From the NCBI RefSeq assembly GCF_000019605.1, contig NC_010482.1:1170001-1202000 (forward strand): a DNA stretch of 32,000 nucleotides. Reading direction: 5' to 3'. The notes beneath the pieces are model-generated. The model did no database searches and was not told where the DNA came from. It saw only the letters and a list, made by a program, of their open reading frames with translations. This DNA is from Candidatus Korarchaeum cryptofilum OPF8. Lineage in GTDB: Archaea > Korarchaeota > Korarchaeia > Korarchaeales > Korarchaeaceae. Positions within the stretch are counted from its first letter, which is position 1; every line of letters starts with the position of its first letter. Position numbers and translations under genes: made by a program. Positions 17,211 through 25,737 of the stretch are shown in pieces.

Positions 17211-18203
17211 TTGCGAAAGAGGTGTCCACCAATGAGGTACAAGCTATTCGCGGTAGCTATGCTCGCACTTATGCTAGCTAGCCAGATGAGAATGGTAGAT
17301 TCAGCTTATCCGATGCCAGTAGCGACCATCCAGATAAGGGAGGATTTTTCAGCTACAATGAAGGCGAGCGTATATAGGACGTTAAGTGGCGATGAAACTT
17401 ACTTCTTCACGAATACCTTGAAGGCGCCTATCCTGTATTGGATGAACTTCAGAGGGAATGTTACGATGAATCAAACACCCGCCGGGCTTAGGGGAGAGTA
17501 CAGATTCTTGCTTTATCCTCAAGTCGGGGATCCAACGAATAGAGCGGACTTCCTTAAGAAAGCCGCTGCTAGAGGTTATCTCTCAAACTCGACGATATTG
17601 AGCATGATGAGCTTCTTTTATGGAAGAAATTTGTTAATTTTATACGGGCTTAGATGGAGTTTCTTCAATGTGACCTATAGAGGGGTTCCTAACGTTAACT
17701 ATACTGGTATAGCTGCGATATCATCGGCTTCCTCGAACTCGAGCGTGATAAAGAGCCTATGGGTCTCATATAAGAGCGAGACCCTTGAAACTCAAACGGT
17801 AGTCGTAAGTTATGAAATATATGCAGAGACTAAGCCCCTGACACTTAGGAAGAGCGCTAGTGGCGATTATTACGTTATGGATCTGAGCCCCCTCACTTAT
17901 CTGCTACCTGACGATATAGCCTGCAACCTCTGGGTCAACTTCACGAACCCATCCATACAGATAATGGGAGGTAATTTGGCGCCCAAAGTGATTGTCTGGA
18001 ACAATGCGCTCTGGGAATTTGTCCCACAGCTTCAAAAGGACGGGAAATCTCTCACAATAATAGTTAAACGCTCTGAAATTTATGTTACGCCTCAGCTGGT
18101 CCTCTTAGCCTCATTACCTCCGGTCGTAGTAGGAGCTTATATCTTCTGGAGGATAAAGGGAGAATCCTTGAGAGCTGGACGGGGATCCAAGGAAAAAAGA
18201 TGA
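17211..18203 (+). CDS. hypothetical extracellular N-glycoprotein with signal peptide and C-terminal membrane anchor
   Basis: Signal-like MRYKLFAVAMLALMLASQ (probable start is the ATG at 17232). At least 7 NxS/T sequons (NVT, NQT, NST, NVT, NYT, NSS, NFT). C-terminal LVLLASLPPVVVGAYIFW helix followed by a basic tail. Confidence 0.6.
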   Translation: MRKRCPPMRYKLFAVAMLALMLASQMRMVDSAYPMPVATIQIREDFSATMKASVYRTLSGDETYFFTNTLKAPILYWMNFRGNVTMNQTPAGLRGEYRFLLYPQVGDPTNRADFLKKAAARGYLSNSTILSMMSFFYGRNLLILYGLRWSFFNVTYRGVPNVNYTGIAAISSASSNSSVIKSLWVSYKSETLETQTVVVSYEIYAETKPLTLRKSASGDYYVMDLSPLTYLLPDDIACNLWVNFTNPSIQIMGGNLAPKVIVWNNALWEFVPQLQKDGKSLTIIVKRSEIYVTPQLVLLASLPPVVVGAYIFWRIKGESLRAGRGSKEKR

Positions 18204-18263
18204 TTTTTATGTAGCCTATCATACATATACTATTTTTGTTAGCTCCGCGTGAGCGAAGTGGAA

Positions 18264-18273
18264 TTTTTATAAA
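18264..18273 (+). promoter_or_regulatory. TATA box of the L22-S3-L29-Rpp29-S17 operon
   Basis: TTTTTATAAA lies about 40 nt upstream of the TTG start of L22. GGGGTG SD-like motif 7 nt upstream of the start. Confidence 0.5.
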
Positions 18274-18310
18274 GGCTGGGCCGCAGTGCCTCATGTAGGG
18301 GTGTAAAGTA

Positions 18311-18778
18311 TTGCCTACGTGGGGATACTCGTACGCAGCTCAAGGCGAGAAGGAGGCAATGGCTTCTGGAAGGGACTTGAGAGTATCCTTCAAGGAGATG
18401 GTTGAGCTGTTGAGGGAAATAAGGGGAAAGAAGCTATCAGAAGCTTACAATATACTAGATGAAGTAATCGCTTTGAGGAGAGCGATTCCCTTCAAGAGGT
18501 ACAATGGGGGGGTGCCTCACAGGAAGGGCATCTCCGGAGCGGGCAGGTACCCTGTCAAAGCAGCCAAACTCTTGAAGAAGATCCTGAAGAGCGCGGAGCA
18601 TAACGCGATGAATAAGGATTTAGATCCTGATAACTTATACGTGAAGCATGCTGCAGCACAGATGGGGATGAAACTGAGGAGATTTTTCCCTAGGGCTTAT
18701 GGGAGGGCATCTCCTAAGATCGAACAGATGGTCCACGTCGAGATAGTGCTAGAGGAGAGGGAGGAGAGTGAAGAATGA
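18311..18778 (+). CDS. rpl22: 50S ribosomal protein uL22
   Basis: Archaeal L22 N-terminus WGYSY...ASGRDLRVSFK. ATGA overlap with the rps3 start. Confidence 0.9.
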   Translation: MPTWGYSYAAQGEKEAMASGRDLRVSFKEMVELLREIRGKKLSEAYNILDEVIALRRAIPFKRYNGGVPHRKGISGAGRYPVKAAKLLKKILKSAEHNAMNKDLDPDNLYVKHAAAQMGMKLRRFFPRAYGRASPKIEQMVHVEIVLEEREESEE

Positions 18779-19530
18779 GCTCCGCGAAATCCATGCCTAT
18801 ATATAAGAAATTCGTTCAGGAGGGTATCGTTAAATATAAGCTCCATGAGTTCATGGAGAAGATATCTGATAAGGCGGGATTCCACGGGGTGGAGATCTCA
18901 TCCACGCCTATAAGGGATATAATAACCGTTTACGTCGAGAGCCCCGGAGTTATGATTGGCAGGGGCGGTAGGACATCTAAGAGGATAAGTGACATCCTGA
19001 AGGAGGAATTAGGAATACAGAATCCTTATATACAAGCTAAGAAAGTTGATAAGCCATTCCTAAGCACGAGGATAGTCGCAAGTTACATAGCTAGGAGGAT
19101 CGCTAAGGGGGAGAGGTACAAGAAAGTAGCTTACTCAGCTCTGGGGAGGGTTATGGCTGAGGGAGCTAAGGGAGTTGAGATAAGGCTCTCTGGAAAGTTT
19201 GGGAGTCAGAGAGCTAGGGAAGAGAGATTCAGGGAAGGAGTTATATATAGATGCGGACAGGACTACATTGAGAACGTTGAATATGCGGTGAAGCACGTCT
19301 TAATGCCGCAGGGCATGATAGGAGTGAGGGTGAGGATTGTCAAACCGGGCGTGAGGGGACCTGATGCCGTTGTGATAAAGGAAGATGAGATAGAGAGAAT
19401 TAGGGAGAGGATAAAGTCTGAGATGGAATCCTTATCGGAATCGGAGGTCGTGGAGATACCTGAGGAGTTGGAGGGAGAGCTAGAGGTTGCTGGAGAGGTG
19501 AAAGAGGATGAGTCCGAGCAAGCTCGATGA
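18775..19530 (+). CDS. rps3: 30S ribosomal protein uS3
   Basis: KH-domain pattern VMIGRGGRTSKRISDIL. Conserved order L22-S3-L29. Acidic C-terminal tail. Confidence 0.95.
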   Translation: MSSAKSMPIYKKFVQEGIVKYKLHEFMEKISDKAGFHGVEISSTPIRDIITVYVESPGVMIGRGGRTSKRISDILKEELGIQNPYIQAKKVDKPFLSTRIVASYIARRIAKGERYKKVAYSALGRVMAEGAKGVEIRLSGKFGSQRAREERFREGVIYRCGQDYIENVEYAVKHVLMPQGMIGVRVRIVKPGVRGPDAVVIKEDEIERIRERIKSEMESLSESEVVEIPEELEGELEVAGEVKEDESEQAR

Positions 19531-19711
19531 GCTAAGAGGACTGGAGTCGGAGGAGCTGCTGGAGAGGCTCAAAGAAGTGGAGAGAGATCTCTTCATTAAT
19601 GAGGCCAAGAGATTGCTTGGAGCAGCTGAGAAAACTCACCTAAGGAGAGCTCTGAAGAAGGAAAGAGCGAGGATACTGACGATATTGAGGGAAAGGGGTA
19701 TAAAGTTATAG
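19508..19711 (+). CDS. rpl29: 50S ribosomal protein uL29
   Basis: 67 aa. LDELRGLESEELLERLKEVERDL is a typical L29 helix-hairpin. Confidence 0.9.
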   Translation: MSPSKLDELRGLESEELLERLKEVERDLFINEAKRLLGAAEKTHLRRALKKERARILTILRERGIKL

Positions 19712-19761
19712 GCCCGGTCAGAGCCAGCAATATATTATATCATGAGCTTATAGGCCTGGAA

Positions 19762-19980
19762 GTGAGTGTTTTCCGCTCCCCGAATCTATCTGAGATAGGG
19801 ATCAAGGGGAAGGTAGTATATGAAACGAGGAACTGCCTCATCATCGAGAGGGGAGATAGGAGATCCCTCATCGCTAAGAGTGGTAGATTATTTTTATTTA
19901 GGGTAGATGATGGTAGCTCTGTGTTGGTATTGGGTGATAGGTTAATAGGTAGACCTGAGGAGAGGGTGAAGAAAGCATGA
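19762..19980 (+). CDS. rnp1: RNase P protein component 1 (Rpp29/Pop4). The real N-terminus probably lies upstream, at about 19708-19732.
   Basis: IGIKGKVVYETRNCLIIE and LIGRPEERVKK match archaeal Rpp29. The conserved NILYHELIGLEV segment is encoded in frame upstream of the GTG at 19762. Confidence 0.85.
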   Translation: MSVFRSPNLSEIGIKGKVVYETRNCLIIERGDRRSLIAKSGRLFLFRVDDGSSVLVLGDRLIGRPEERVKKA

Positions 19981-20309
19981 GGAAGATCTCGGAGGATCTC
20001 TTAGAGGATATAACTCCACCTGAGAGGAGTTGTGATGATGATAAGTGCCCCTGGCATGGGAACATATCCCTTAGGAGGAGCTCCCTAGATGGCAGAGTCA
20101 TAAGCACTAAGATGACGGGAACAATCACCGTGCTAGTTGAATATCTACACTATGATAAGAAGTACAAGAGGTATGAGAGGAGAAGGAGCAAGATACATGC
20201 GCATCTGCCTCCTTGCATCGAAGTAAGTGAGGGAGATCTCGTTAGGATAGTCGAGACTCGCAGACTGGCGAAGACGGTCAGTCATGTCGTTCTTGGGAAG
20301 TTGAAGTAA
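19977..20309 (+). CDS. rps17: 30S ribosomal protein uS17
   Basis: CDDDKCPWHGNISLRR...GRVISTKM is typical of archaeal S17. ATGA overlap with the Rpp29 stop. Confidence 0.9.
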   Translation: MRKISEDLLEDITPPERSCDDDKCPWHGNISLRRSSLDGRVISTKMTGTITVLVEYLHYDKKYKRYERRRSKIHAHLPPCIEVSEGDLVRIVETRRLAKTVSHVVLGKLK

Positions 20310-21396
20310 CTCTCCTCCAACCATAGATCTTTTCATCATAGAATGGCATCTTCTCAACCCTTACTTTCAATTTCCTCTCCTCTCCCACGGTGAGCTCCTT
20401 CCCTATCTCCGCATACTCTTTCTTAATGTAGGCCATTCCTATGCCCCTCTCGATAGTTGGGCTAAAAGTCCCGCTGGTCACAATTCCTATCCTCTCCTCA
20501 CCCATGTATACGCCTTCGCCCCTCCTCGGGGCGCTCCTGGTGGAGCTCATTATACCTACTCTGACTCTCTCAACTCCCCTGTTGATCGCCTCGGTGATCG
20601 CTCCTTTACCCACGAAATCCTTCTCCAGATCGACCGCAAACTCGAGCCCGGCCTCGATGGGATTGGTATCCTCATCTATATCGTTGCCGTAGAGGACGAG
20701 CCCAGCCTCAAGCCTGAGGATGTCCCTAGCGACCAATCCACACGGCTTAGCTCCCGCTCCCACTAAAGATCTGAATAGATCCGAGGCTAGCTCTCTATCT
20801 CTCATTATCACTTCGTATCCATCCTCTCCAGTGTAGCCAGTTCTGCTGACGATTAGCTCCTCCCCCCTCCAGTTCACAGTAGTTATATTAAATTTTTTTA
20901 TTTTTAGTTGAGTTCCAGTAATATTATGGAAAATTTCTCTCGCTCTAGGCCCCTGGATTGCGAACATAAAAGTTTCGAGCGTTACATCATCAATCCGGAC
21001 ATTCATATCCCATTTTTTTCTTAATTCATCAAACCAGCTTAATATTTTTATTCTATTTGCCGCATTGACAACAAATATATATTTATTATCGGATAATCTG
21101 AATGCCACATTGTCGTCCCTTATCCCGCCCCTCTCATTGAGAGTGAGCGTGTACTTGCTCCTGCCAATTTCAACATCAACGTTATTGGATGTCGCTCTCT
21201 GCAGGAAGTTGGATGCATCAGTCCCTTCTATTATGAACCTACCCATGTGAGAGACATCGAATATTCCGCAGCTTGTCCTGACGGACATCGCCTCTTCCAA
21301 TGAATTTGTATATCTCATTGGCATTTCCCATCCAGCGAATTCGAAAAACTTCGCGTTTAACTCCTTATGGAGATCTGCCAGACCCAGCCTAAGCAT
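20278..21396 (-). CDS. gcvT: glycine cleavage system T protein (aminomethyltransferase)
   Basis: FAGWEMPMRY, FDVSHMGRF and RTGYTGEDGYE motifs. The 3' end overlaps rps17 by 32 nt. Confidence 0.9.
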   Translation of the reverse strand: MLRLGLADLHKELNAKFFEFAGWEMPMRYTNSLEEAMSVRTSCGIFDVSHMGRFIIEGTDASNFLQRATSNNVDVEIGRSKYTLTLNERGGIRDDNVAFRLSDNKYIFVVNAANRIKILSWFDELRKKWDMNVRIDDVTLETFMFAIQGPRAREIFHNITGTQLKIKKFNITTVNWRGEELIVSRTGYTGEDGYEVIMRDRELASDLFRSLVGAGAKPCGLVARDILRLEAGLVLYGNDIDEDTNPIEAGLEFAVDLEKDFVGKGAITEAINRGVERVRVGIMSSTRSAPRRGEGVYMGEERIGIVTSGTFSPTIERGIGMAYIKKEYAEIGKELTVGEERKLKVRVEKMPFYDEKIYGWRRVTSTSQERHD

Positions 21397-21466
21397 CTAC
21401 ATCCCTCTCGATCTTACGTGGATTAAGATTATTACTATTTCCATACCGGAGAGCCCTTGAGATGCT

Positions 21467-22807
21467 ATGAGCGGGGATAATATTGAAAAGGCATTGGAGG
21501 AACTATCATCTCAGTTGAGTGGAGATCAGATACTTAGGGAAGAAGTTGATAGATACGCCTACTCTTATGACTCCTCCGGGGTTGAATATGTTCCAGATGC
21601 TATTATAAGGCCGAGAAAACTTGAGGAAGTTTCTATAGTGCTGGAGATCGCCGAAAAGTACAGCGTACCTGTGACTCCGAGGGGCTCCGGCACCTCACTC
21701 GTAGGAGGACCGCTAGCGGTGAAAGGGGGTTTAGTCCTGGATATGCAGGGGATGAATAGAGTCTTAGAGAAGGATGATAGCACGGGCATTATCAGAGTGG
21801 AAGCAGGAATTAAACTCAGGGATGTAAATAGGTTAATAAATGGGATGTTTCTGCCGATAAATCCTGATGGCATTGGCTTCTCAACGATAGGCGGGATGAT
21901 AGCTGAAGATGCCGCATCTCCTCTATCAGTTAGATATGGGACGATGAGAGATCACGTCAGGGGCTTAGAGGTCGTGATACCGGGAGGGCAGATGATATCC
22001 TTAGAGCAACCTGGGCCTCCGAGCAAGAGGAATGCGATGGATCTGATTATCGGGTCTGAGGGAACTCTGGGAGTCATAACATCTGCCTTAATAGAGCTCA
22101 GTTACAGGCCTGAGGCCAGTATCTCATATTCTATGGAACTTAATGATGTCTCAGATTCTCTCGCGATATACGATGCCATTAGGAGAGCGGGTATCGATAT
22201 CTACGGGTTTGAGGTCTATCACAATTATAAGGAGCTCATTGAGGAGAAGGAGTTCGTCGGAGTTGAGGCTATAGGCTTCTTGGAGATAGCTGGAGCCAGC
22301 GAATGCGTTGAGAAGTGGAGGGGGAAAGTTGAGAGCATACTCTCTGAGACAGCTCTGGAGCACAGTGAAGTGGAAGCTGAGGAGGTAGAGGGCATCTGGG
22401 TGAGGAGGGAGAAAATATACGAACTCTGTAGGAGGAAAAAGGTCTCAATGCGAGTGGTTAGTATGCTATCATATCAGCATCTAGTGAGGGATATAGTCCA
22501 AGAGGTAGATAGGACGAGCTCTAGGATGAAGATACCATCCATTACAGTAATAGATCCGCCTTTGGGATGGGTAACGGCAATATTCCTCTACAATTCAAGG
22601 GATCCCAAGGAAGTTGAGAGGACTGAGAGGGCGGCATCCAATCTGATAGAGAATGCTACTTCACTAGGTGCATCCCTCGGGTTCGGGACAGGCGTGGGTA
22701 TCTACAAGTTAGATGAGAATTACGATGAGGGCTATCTGAGCATAATGAAAGCTATAAAGGGAGTCCTAGATCCGCATGGAATAATGAACCCTGAGAAGTT
22801 AATATGA
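21467..22807 (+). CDS. FAD-linked oxidase (GlcD / D-lactate dehydrogenase family)
   Basis: PCMH-type FAD-binding motif PRGSGTSLVGG and GSEGTLGVIT. 446 aa. Confidence 0.85.
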   Translation: MSGDNIEKALEELSSQLSGDQILREEVDRYAYSYDSSGVEYVPDAIIRPRKLEEVSIVLEIAEKYSVPVTPRGSGTSLVGGPLAVKGGLVLDMQGMNRVLEKDDSTGIIRVEAGIKLRDVNRLINGMFLPINPDGIGFSTIGGMIAEDAASPLSVRYGTMRDHVRGLEVVIPGGQMISLEQPGPPSKRNAMDLIIGSEGTLGVITSALIELSYRPEASISYSMELNDVSDSLAIYDAIRRAGIDIYGFEVYHNYKELIEEKEFVGVEAIGFLEIAGASECVEKWRGKVESILSETALEHSEVEAEEVEGIWVRREKIYELCRRKKVSMRVVSMLSYQHLVRDIVQEVDRTSSRMKIPSITVIDPPLGWVTAIFLYNSRDPKEVERTERAASNLIENATSLGASLGFGTGVGIYKLDENYDEGYLSIMKAIKGVLDPHGIMNPEKLI

Positions 22808-22816
22808 GGTGATCCC

Positions 22817-23896
22817 TTGGGGGTAGAATTCGAAGAAGAGCTTTCCTCCGACTTCGCTAGATGTATAGGCTGCGGTGGATGCAATATACCCTGCCCGCTC
22901 TTCAACATAGATCAGACAGAGAGCTCCGGTATGAGATCAAGGATTAAGATTTTATCAATGCTCTCCAAGGGAAAAATAGAACTGACGGAGGGTATACTCA
23001 GGCATGTTTTCACATGTGCTAACTGCGGAGTCTGTAATGAATATTGTCCAGTGGGGTTGCGCCCCTTCGACCTACTCGTTAGGGCTAGAGGATCTTTCAT
23101 CGATATGGGCTATGTTCCATTAGTCACTGTGGATATAAGAAATTCTTTCAGGAGGGCGGGAACTCCTATAGGGGATGAACTCGTCAAGGGCAACTGGTTA
23201 CCACCCGATTTCCAGCCCACGAAGAACTCCGAGGTCCTATTCTTCGCTGGATGTTGGATGCATAAGGCCATAGAGGTAGCCTTGAATACGAGGAAACTCC
23301 TCGAGAAGATTTCCGGGGACATCACAACTATAGGCCCGAGTGAACCTTGCTCAGGCGCCCTCCTATATGTATTAGGGGAGAATGATCTCGCTAATGATTC
23401 AAAGAGGAATTTAGAGGCCCTAATCTCGGAGCTCAACCCTAAGCGTATTGTCTCCGGGTGTTCGCTCACGGCCAGGATTTACTCAGATCTCGGCTTCATG
23501 AATCTATCCTCCTACATCTTGGATGCCATACGCTACGAGAGGATAAAGCTCGGTAAGATGAAGGGGAAGGACATTATACTACCGATACCATCTTGCGGGA
23601 GAGATAGCTCTTTCTTAGAGATACTGAAGAGTTTCAATGGTGCGAAGATCCTCGATGCTCCAGAATGGCTCTGCTGCGATTGCGGTTTCACTCTGATCTA
23701 TAGGACCGATAGGAGCCTTTTCTCCAGGTGGGTTCAGAGGGTGCTGTCGCTGGCAGAGGAACTTGGAGCAAATCATATAGTGATAGAGGATGTCGGATGC
23801 TATGCGATGATAACGGAAGCTATGCAGACAAAAGGGAGGCTCAAAGGTATAAAAATTTCGCATATATCGGGATTTATAATGGAACTTTTGAAATAG
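22817..23896 (+). CDS. Fe-S oxidoreductase partner (GlcF/HdrD-like, two 4Fe-4S motifs plus CCG-type C-terminal domain)
   Basis: CIGCGGCNIPCP and CANCGVCNEYCP. Cys-rich C-terminal half including LCCDCG. GAGGTGAT SD before the TTG start. Confidence 0.8.
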   Translation: MGVEFEEELSSDFARCIGCGGCNIPCPLFNIDQTESSGMRSRIKILSMLSKGKIELTEGILRHVFTCANCGVCNEYCPVGLRPFDLLVRARGSFIDMGYVPLVTVDIRNSFRRAGTPIGDELVKGNWLPPDFQPTKNSEVLFFAGCWMHKAIEVALNTRKLLEKISGDITTIGPSEPCSGALLYVLGENDLANDSKRNLEALISELNPKRIVSGCSLTARIYSDLGFMNLSSYILDAIRYERIKLGKMKGKDIILPIPSCGRDSSFLEILKSFNGAKILDAPEWLCCDCGFTLIYRTDRSLFSRWVQRVLSLAEELGANHIVIEDVGCYAMITEAMQTKGRLKGIKISHISGFIMELLK

Positions 23897-25262
23897 TTTC
23901 GCTGAGGGTGAATGCCTCATCCTTAATACGCCTCAGAGATGATAAATTGCCTACAGAGACATATACGAAGCCCGAAGCCTCGGCTTTCTCCTTATCTATT
24001 ATCAATCTTCCATCTAGGAGCAGTACCGGATCCCTGCCAGCCAACTCCCTCATTCTCTTGAGATCCATCTCCTTGAACCCACTGTGATCGCTCGCTATTA
24101 CTATGGCATCAGCATCCTCCACTGCTTCCTCGAGTTTATCATAAAATCTAGCTCCAAAAGATTCCTTCACGATAGGATCGTGGACTTTCACCCTATAACC
24201 TCTCCTCATCAACTCATCTATTAGATATTTAGCGGGAGATTCTCTTGTATCTTCCACATCCCCTTTGTAGGTCACGCCTAGAACGCAGACGATCCCGCTC
24301 CCTGAGTTCTTCCATCTGAGGAAGTCATCTACTAAATTTGCATAGTGAATGGGCATCGATTCGTTTAACTCTCTAGCTATGTTTATTAACTCTGGTGAAT
24401 ATCCATTCTCGCTTGAAACCCAAGATAGGAATAGGGGATCTTTCGTGAGACAACTTCCACCGACCCCTATACCAGGTAAAAGCATGTTCACTCTGGGATG
24501 TCTATTGACGAGCTCCCTGACTTTCCTGACATCGCTACCGAGGGCTTCGCATATTCTCGCTACTTCGTTAGCGAAAGCTATGTTCACATCCCTATATGCG
24601 TTCTCGACGAGTTTGGCTATCTCCGCGGTGAGAGGGTCCGTTATCTCTATTTCACCTTTAACGAAGCACCCATATAAAATTTTAGATAACTCTGCGGATG
24701 CAGGATCCTTAGCACCAATTACTCTGTAATTAAATATCAATTCATCTATTAATTTTCCGGGCATCGCCCTCTCCGGGCAGTAGGATACGAACACATCCTC
24801 CCCGGGCCTTAGGCCCGCTTTACCTATCTCGATGAGCAGGGTATCGAAGGTCTTTGGAGGGAGAGTACTTTCAACTACTATGAGACCTCCCCTATTTATC
24901 GCAGATGACGCGAGTCCGATCGCCTCCATCAGCATCCCGAGCTCCATAGTCCCGTTGACCCTAGGCGTGGGAACTGCTATTATTATCACATCGGATCCCT
25001 TCAGCCTCCTCCAGTCATTGGATGGGAAGTATCTGGACCCTAAGTGCTTTAACAAGAGATCTCTGACTTTCTTCTCACTTCCCAGCCTAGTGATTCCGTT
25101 GGATAGTTCCTCGATGAGTTTGGAGTCCACATCATATCCTATAACGTTGAATCCAGAGTCCGCCAGTAAGAGGGATAGGGGAAGACCTATATATCCCTGG
25201 CCTATCACCGATATACGGGCGCTTCTATTCACTATCTTGTTCCTGAGCTCATGGGGATTCAT
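23874..25262 (-). CDS. UDP-sugar 6-dehydrogenase family (UDP-N-acetyl-D-mannosamine dehydrogenase-like)
   Basis: N-terminal VIGQGYIGLPLS Rossmann motif and catalytic GGSCLTKDP. 462 aa. The 3' end overlaps the GlcF-like gene by 23 nt. Confidence 0.85.
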   Translation of the reverse strand: MNPHELRNKIVNRSARISVIGQGYIGLPLSLLLADSGFNVIGYDVDSKLIEELSNGITRLGSEKKVRDLLLKHLGSRYFPSNDWRRLKGSDVIIIAVPTPRVNGTMELGMLMEAIGLASSAINRGGLIVVESTLPPKTFDTLLIEIGKAGLRPGEDVFVSYCPERAMPGKLIDELIFNYRVIGAKDPASAELSKILYGCFVKGEIEITDPLTAEIAKLVENAYRDVNIAFANEVARICEALGSDVRKVRELVNRHPRVNMLLPGIGVGGSCLTKDPLFLSWVSSENGYSPELINIARELNESMPIHYANLVDDFLRWKNSGSGIVCVLGVTYKGDVEDTRESPAKYLIDELMRRGYRVKVHDPIVKESFGARFYDKLEEAVEDADAIVIASDHSGFKEMDLKRMRELAGRDPVLLLDGRLIIDKEKAEASGFVYVSVGNLSSLRRIKDEAFTLSETISKVPL

Positions 25263-25358
25263 TTCAGGTCCTAGATACGGGCCACCAGCCCCTCAAAAAC
25301 GGTACTATTGAAACAGATGAAATCGATGAAAACGAGTATTTTAGGAAGCATTAACCCA

Positions 25359-25562
25359 TTATACGAGAGTCCCTTGCCTCTCTCTGACCTTCAGTCTTGT
25401 TATGTAGCCAGCTATTCTATTCCTGTACACCTTGGATTTTATCTCGGCTATCTGAGATAAGATCATCTTATTATGCTCAAAATCCTCAGTCCATAGATCA
25501 GGGTACTGTTTTACAAGCTTGTATGCCACTCTCTTTATCGCCCTCTCCCTTACCGTCCCCAT
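25359..25562 (-). CDS. rps17e: 30S ribosomal protein eS17
   Basis: MGTVRERAIKRVAYKLV...YRNRIAGYITRL matches archaeal S17e. The start is placed at the internal ATG (25562), because homologues start with MG(N/R)(I/V)R and a TTAATAAT box lies 30-40 nt upstream. Confidence 0.85.
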   Translation of the reverse strand: MGTVRERAIKRVAYKLVKQYPDLWTEDFEHNKMILSQIAEIKSKVYRNRIAGYITRLKVRERQGTLV

Positions 25563-25623
25563 ATCGATCCTCGAATTGGAGCACCAGCCATTATTAAGCA
25601 TTACCACTTATGGGCCGAAGAGA

Positions 25624-25631
25624 TTATATTT
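25624..25631 (+). promoter_or_regulatory. TATA box positioned for the candidate H/ACA sRNA
   Basis: TTATATTT is centred 26-27 nt upstream of 25654, the first base of the long GC-rich stem. Confidence 0.45.
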
Positions 25632-25653
25632 AGCGACAAGTGACGTATTAATA

Positions 25654-25737
25654 CCGCCCGCCACCAGATGACCCCGGAGGTAGAGAGGAAAGCGTGGGCT
25701 GATCCATGACCTCTGGGGACTAGTTGGCGGGCGGACA
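25654..25737 (+). ncRNA. candidate single-hairpin H/ACA box guide sRNA
   Basis: 10-bp lower stem CCGCCCGCCA/TGGCGGGCGG. Internal loop of 8 nt (CCAGATGA) and 6 nt (ACTAGT). 10-bp upper stem CCCCGGAGGT/ACCTCTGGGG with one G-U. 27-nt GA-rich apical region. ACA follows the lower stem immediately, 16 nt from the upper stem. Confidence 0.5.

Noticed and set aside
20881-21100. Markedly AT-rich patch with TATA-like strings inside gcvT
   Set aside because: The gcvT frame is uninterrupted and the encoded segment (…NKYIFVVNAANRIKILSWFDELRKKWDM…) is a normal Lys/Asn/Ile-rich part of the T-protein fold. The plus-strand ORF there (21065-21250) is low-complexity. I see no evidence for an insertion.
23728-24087. 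119-aa plus-strand ORF spanning the GlcF-like/WecC-like junction
   Set aside because: It is out of frame with the GlcF-like gene and antisense to the WecC-like gene. Both of those have strong motifs, and this ORF has no independent support.
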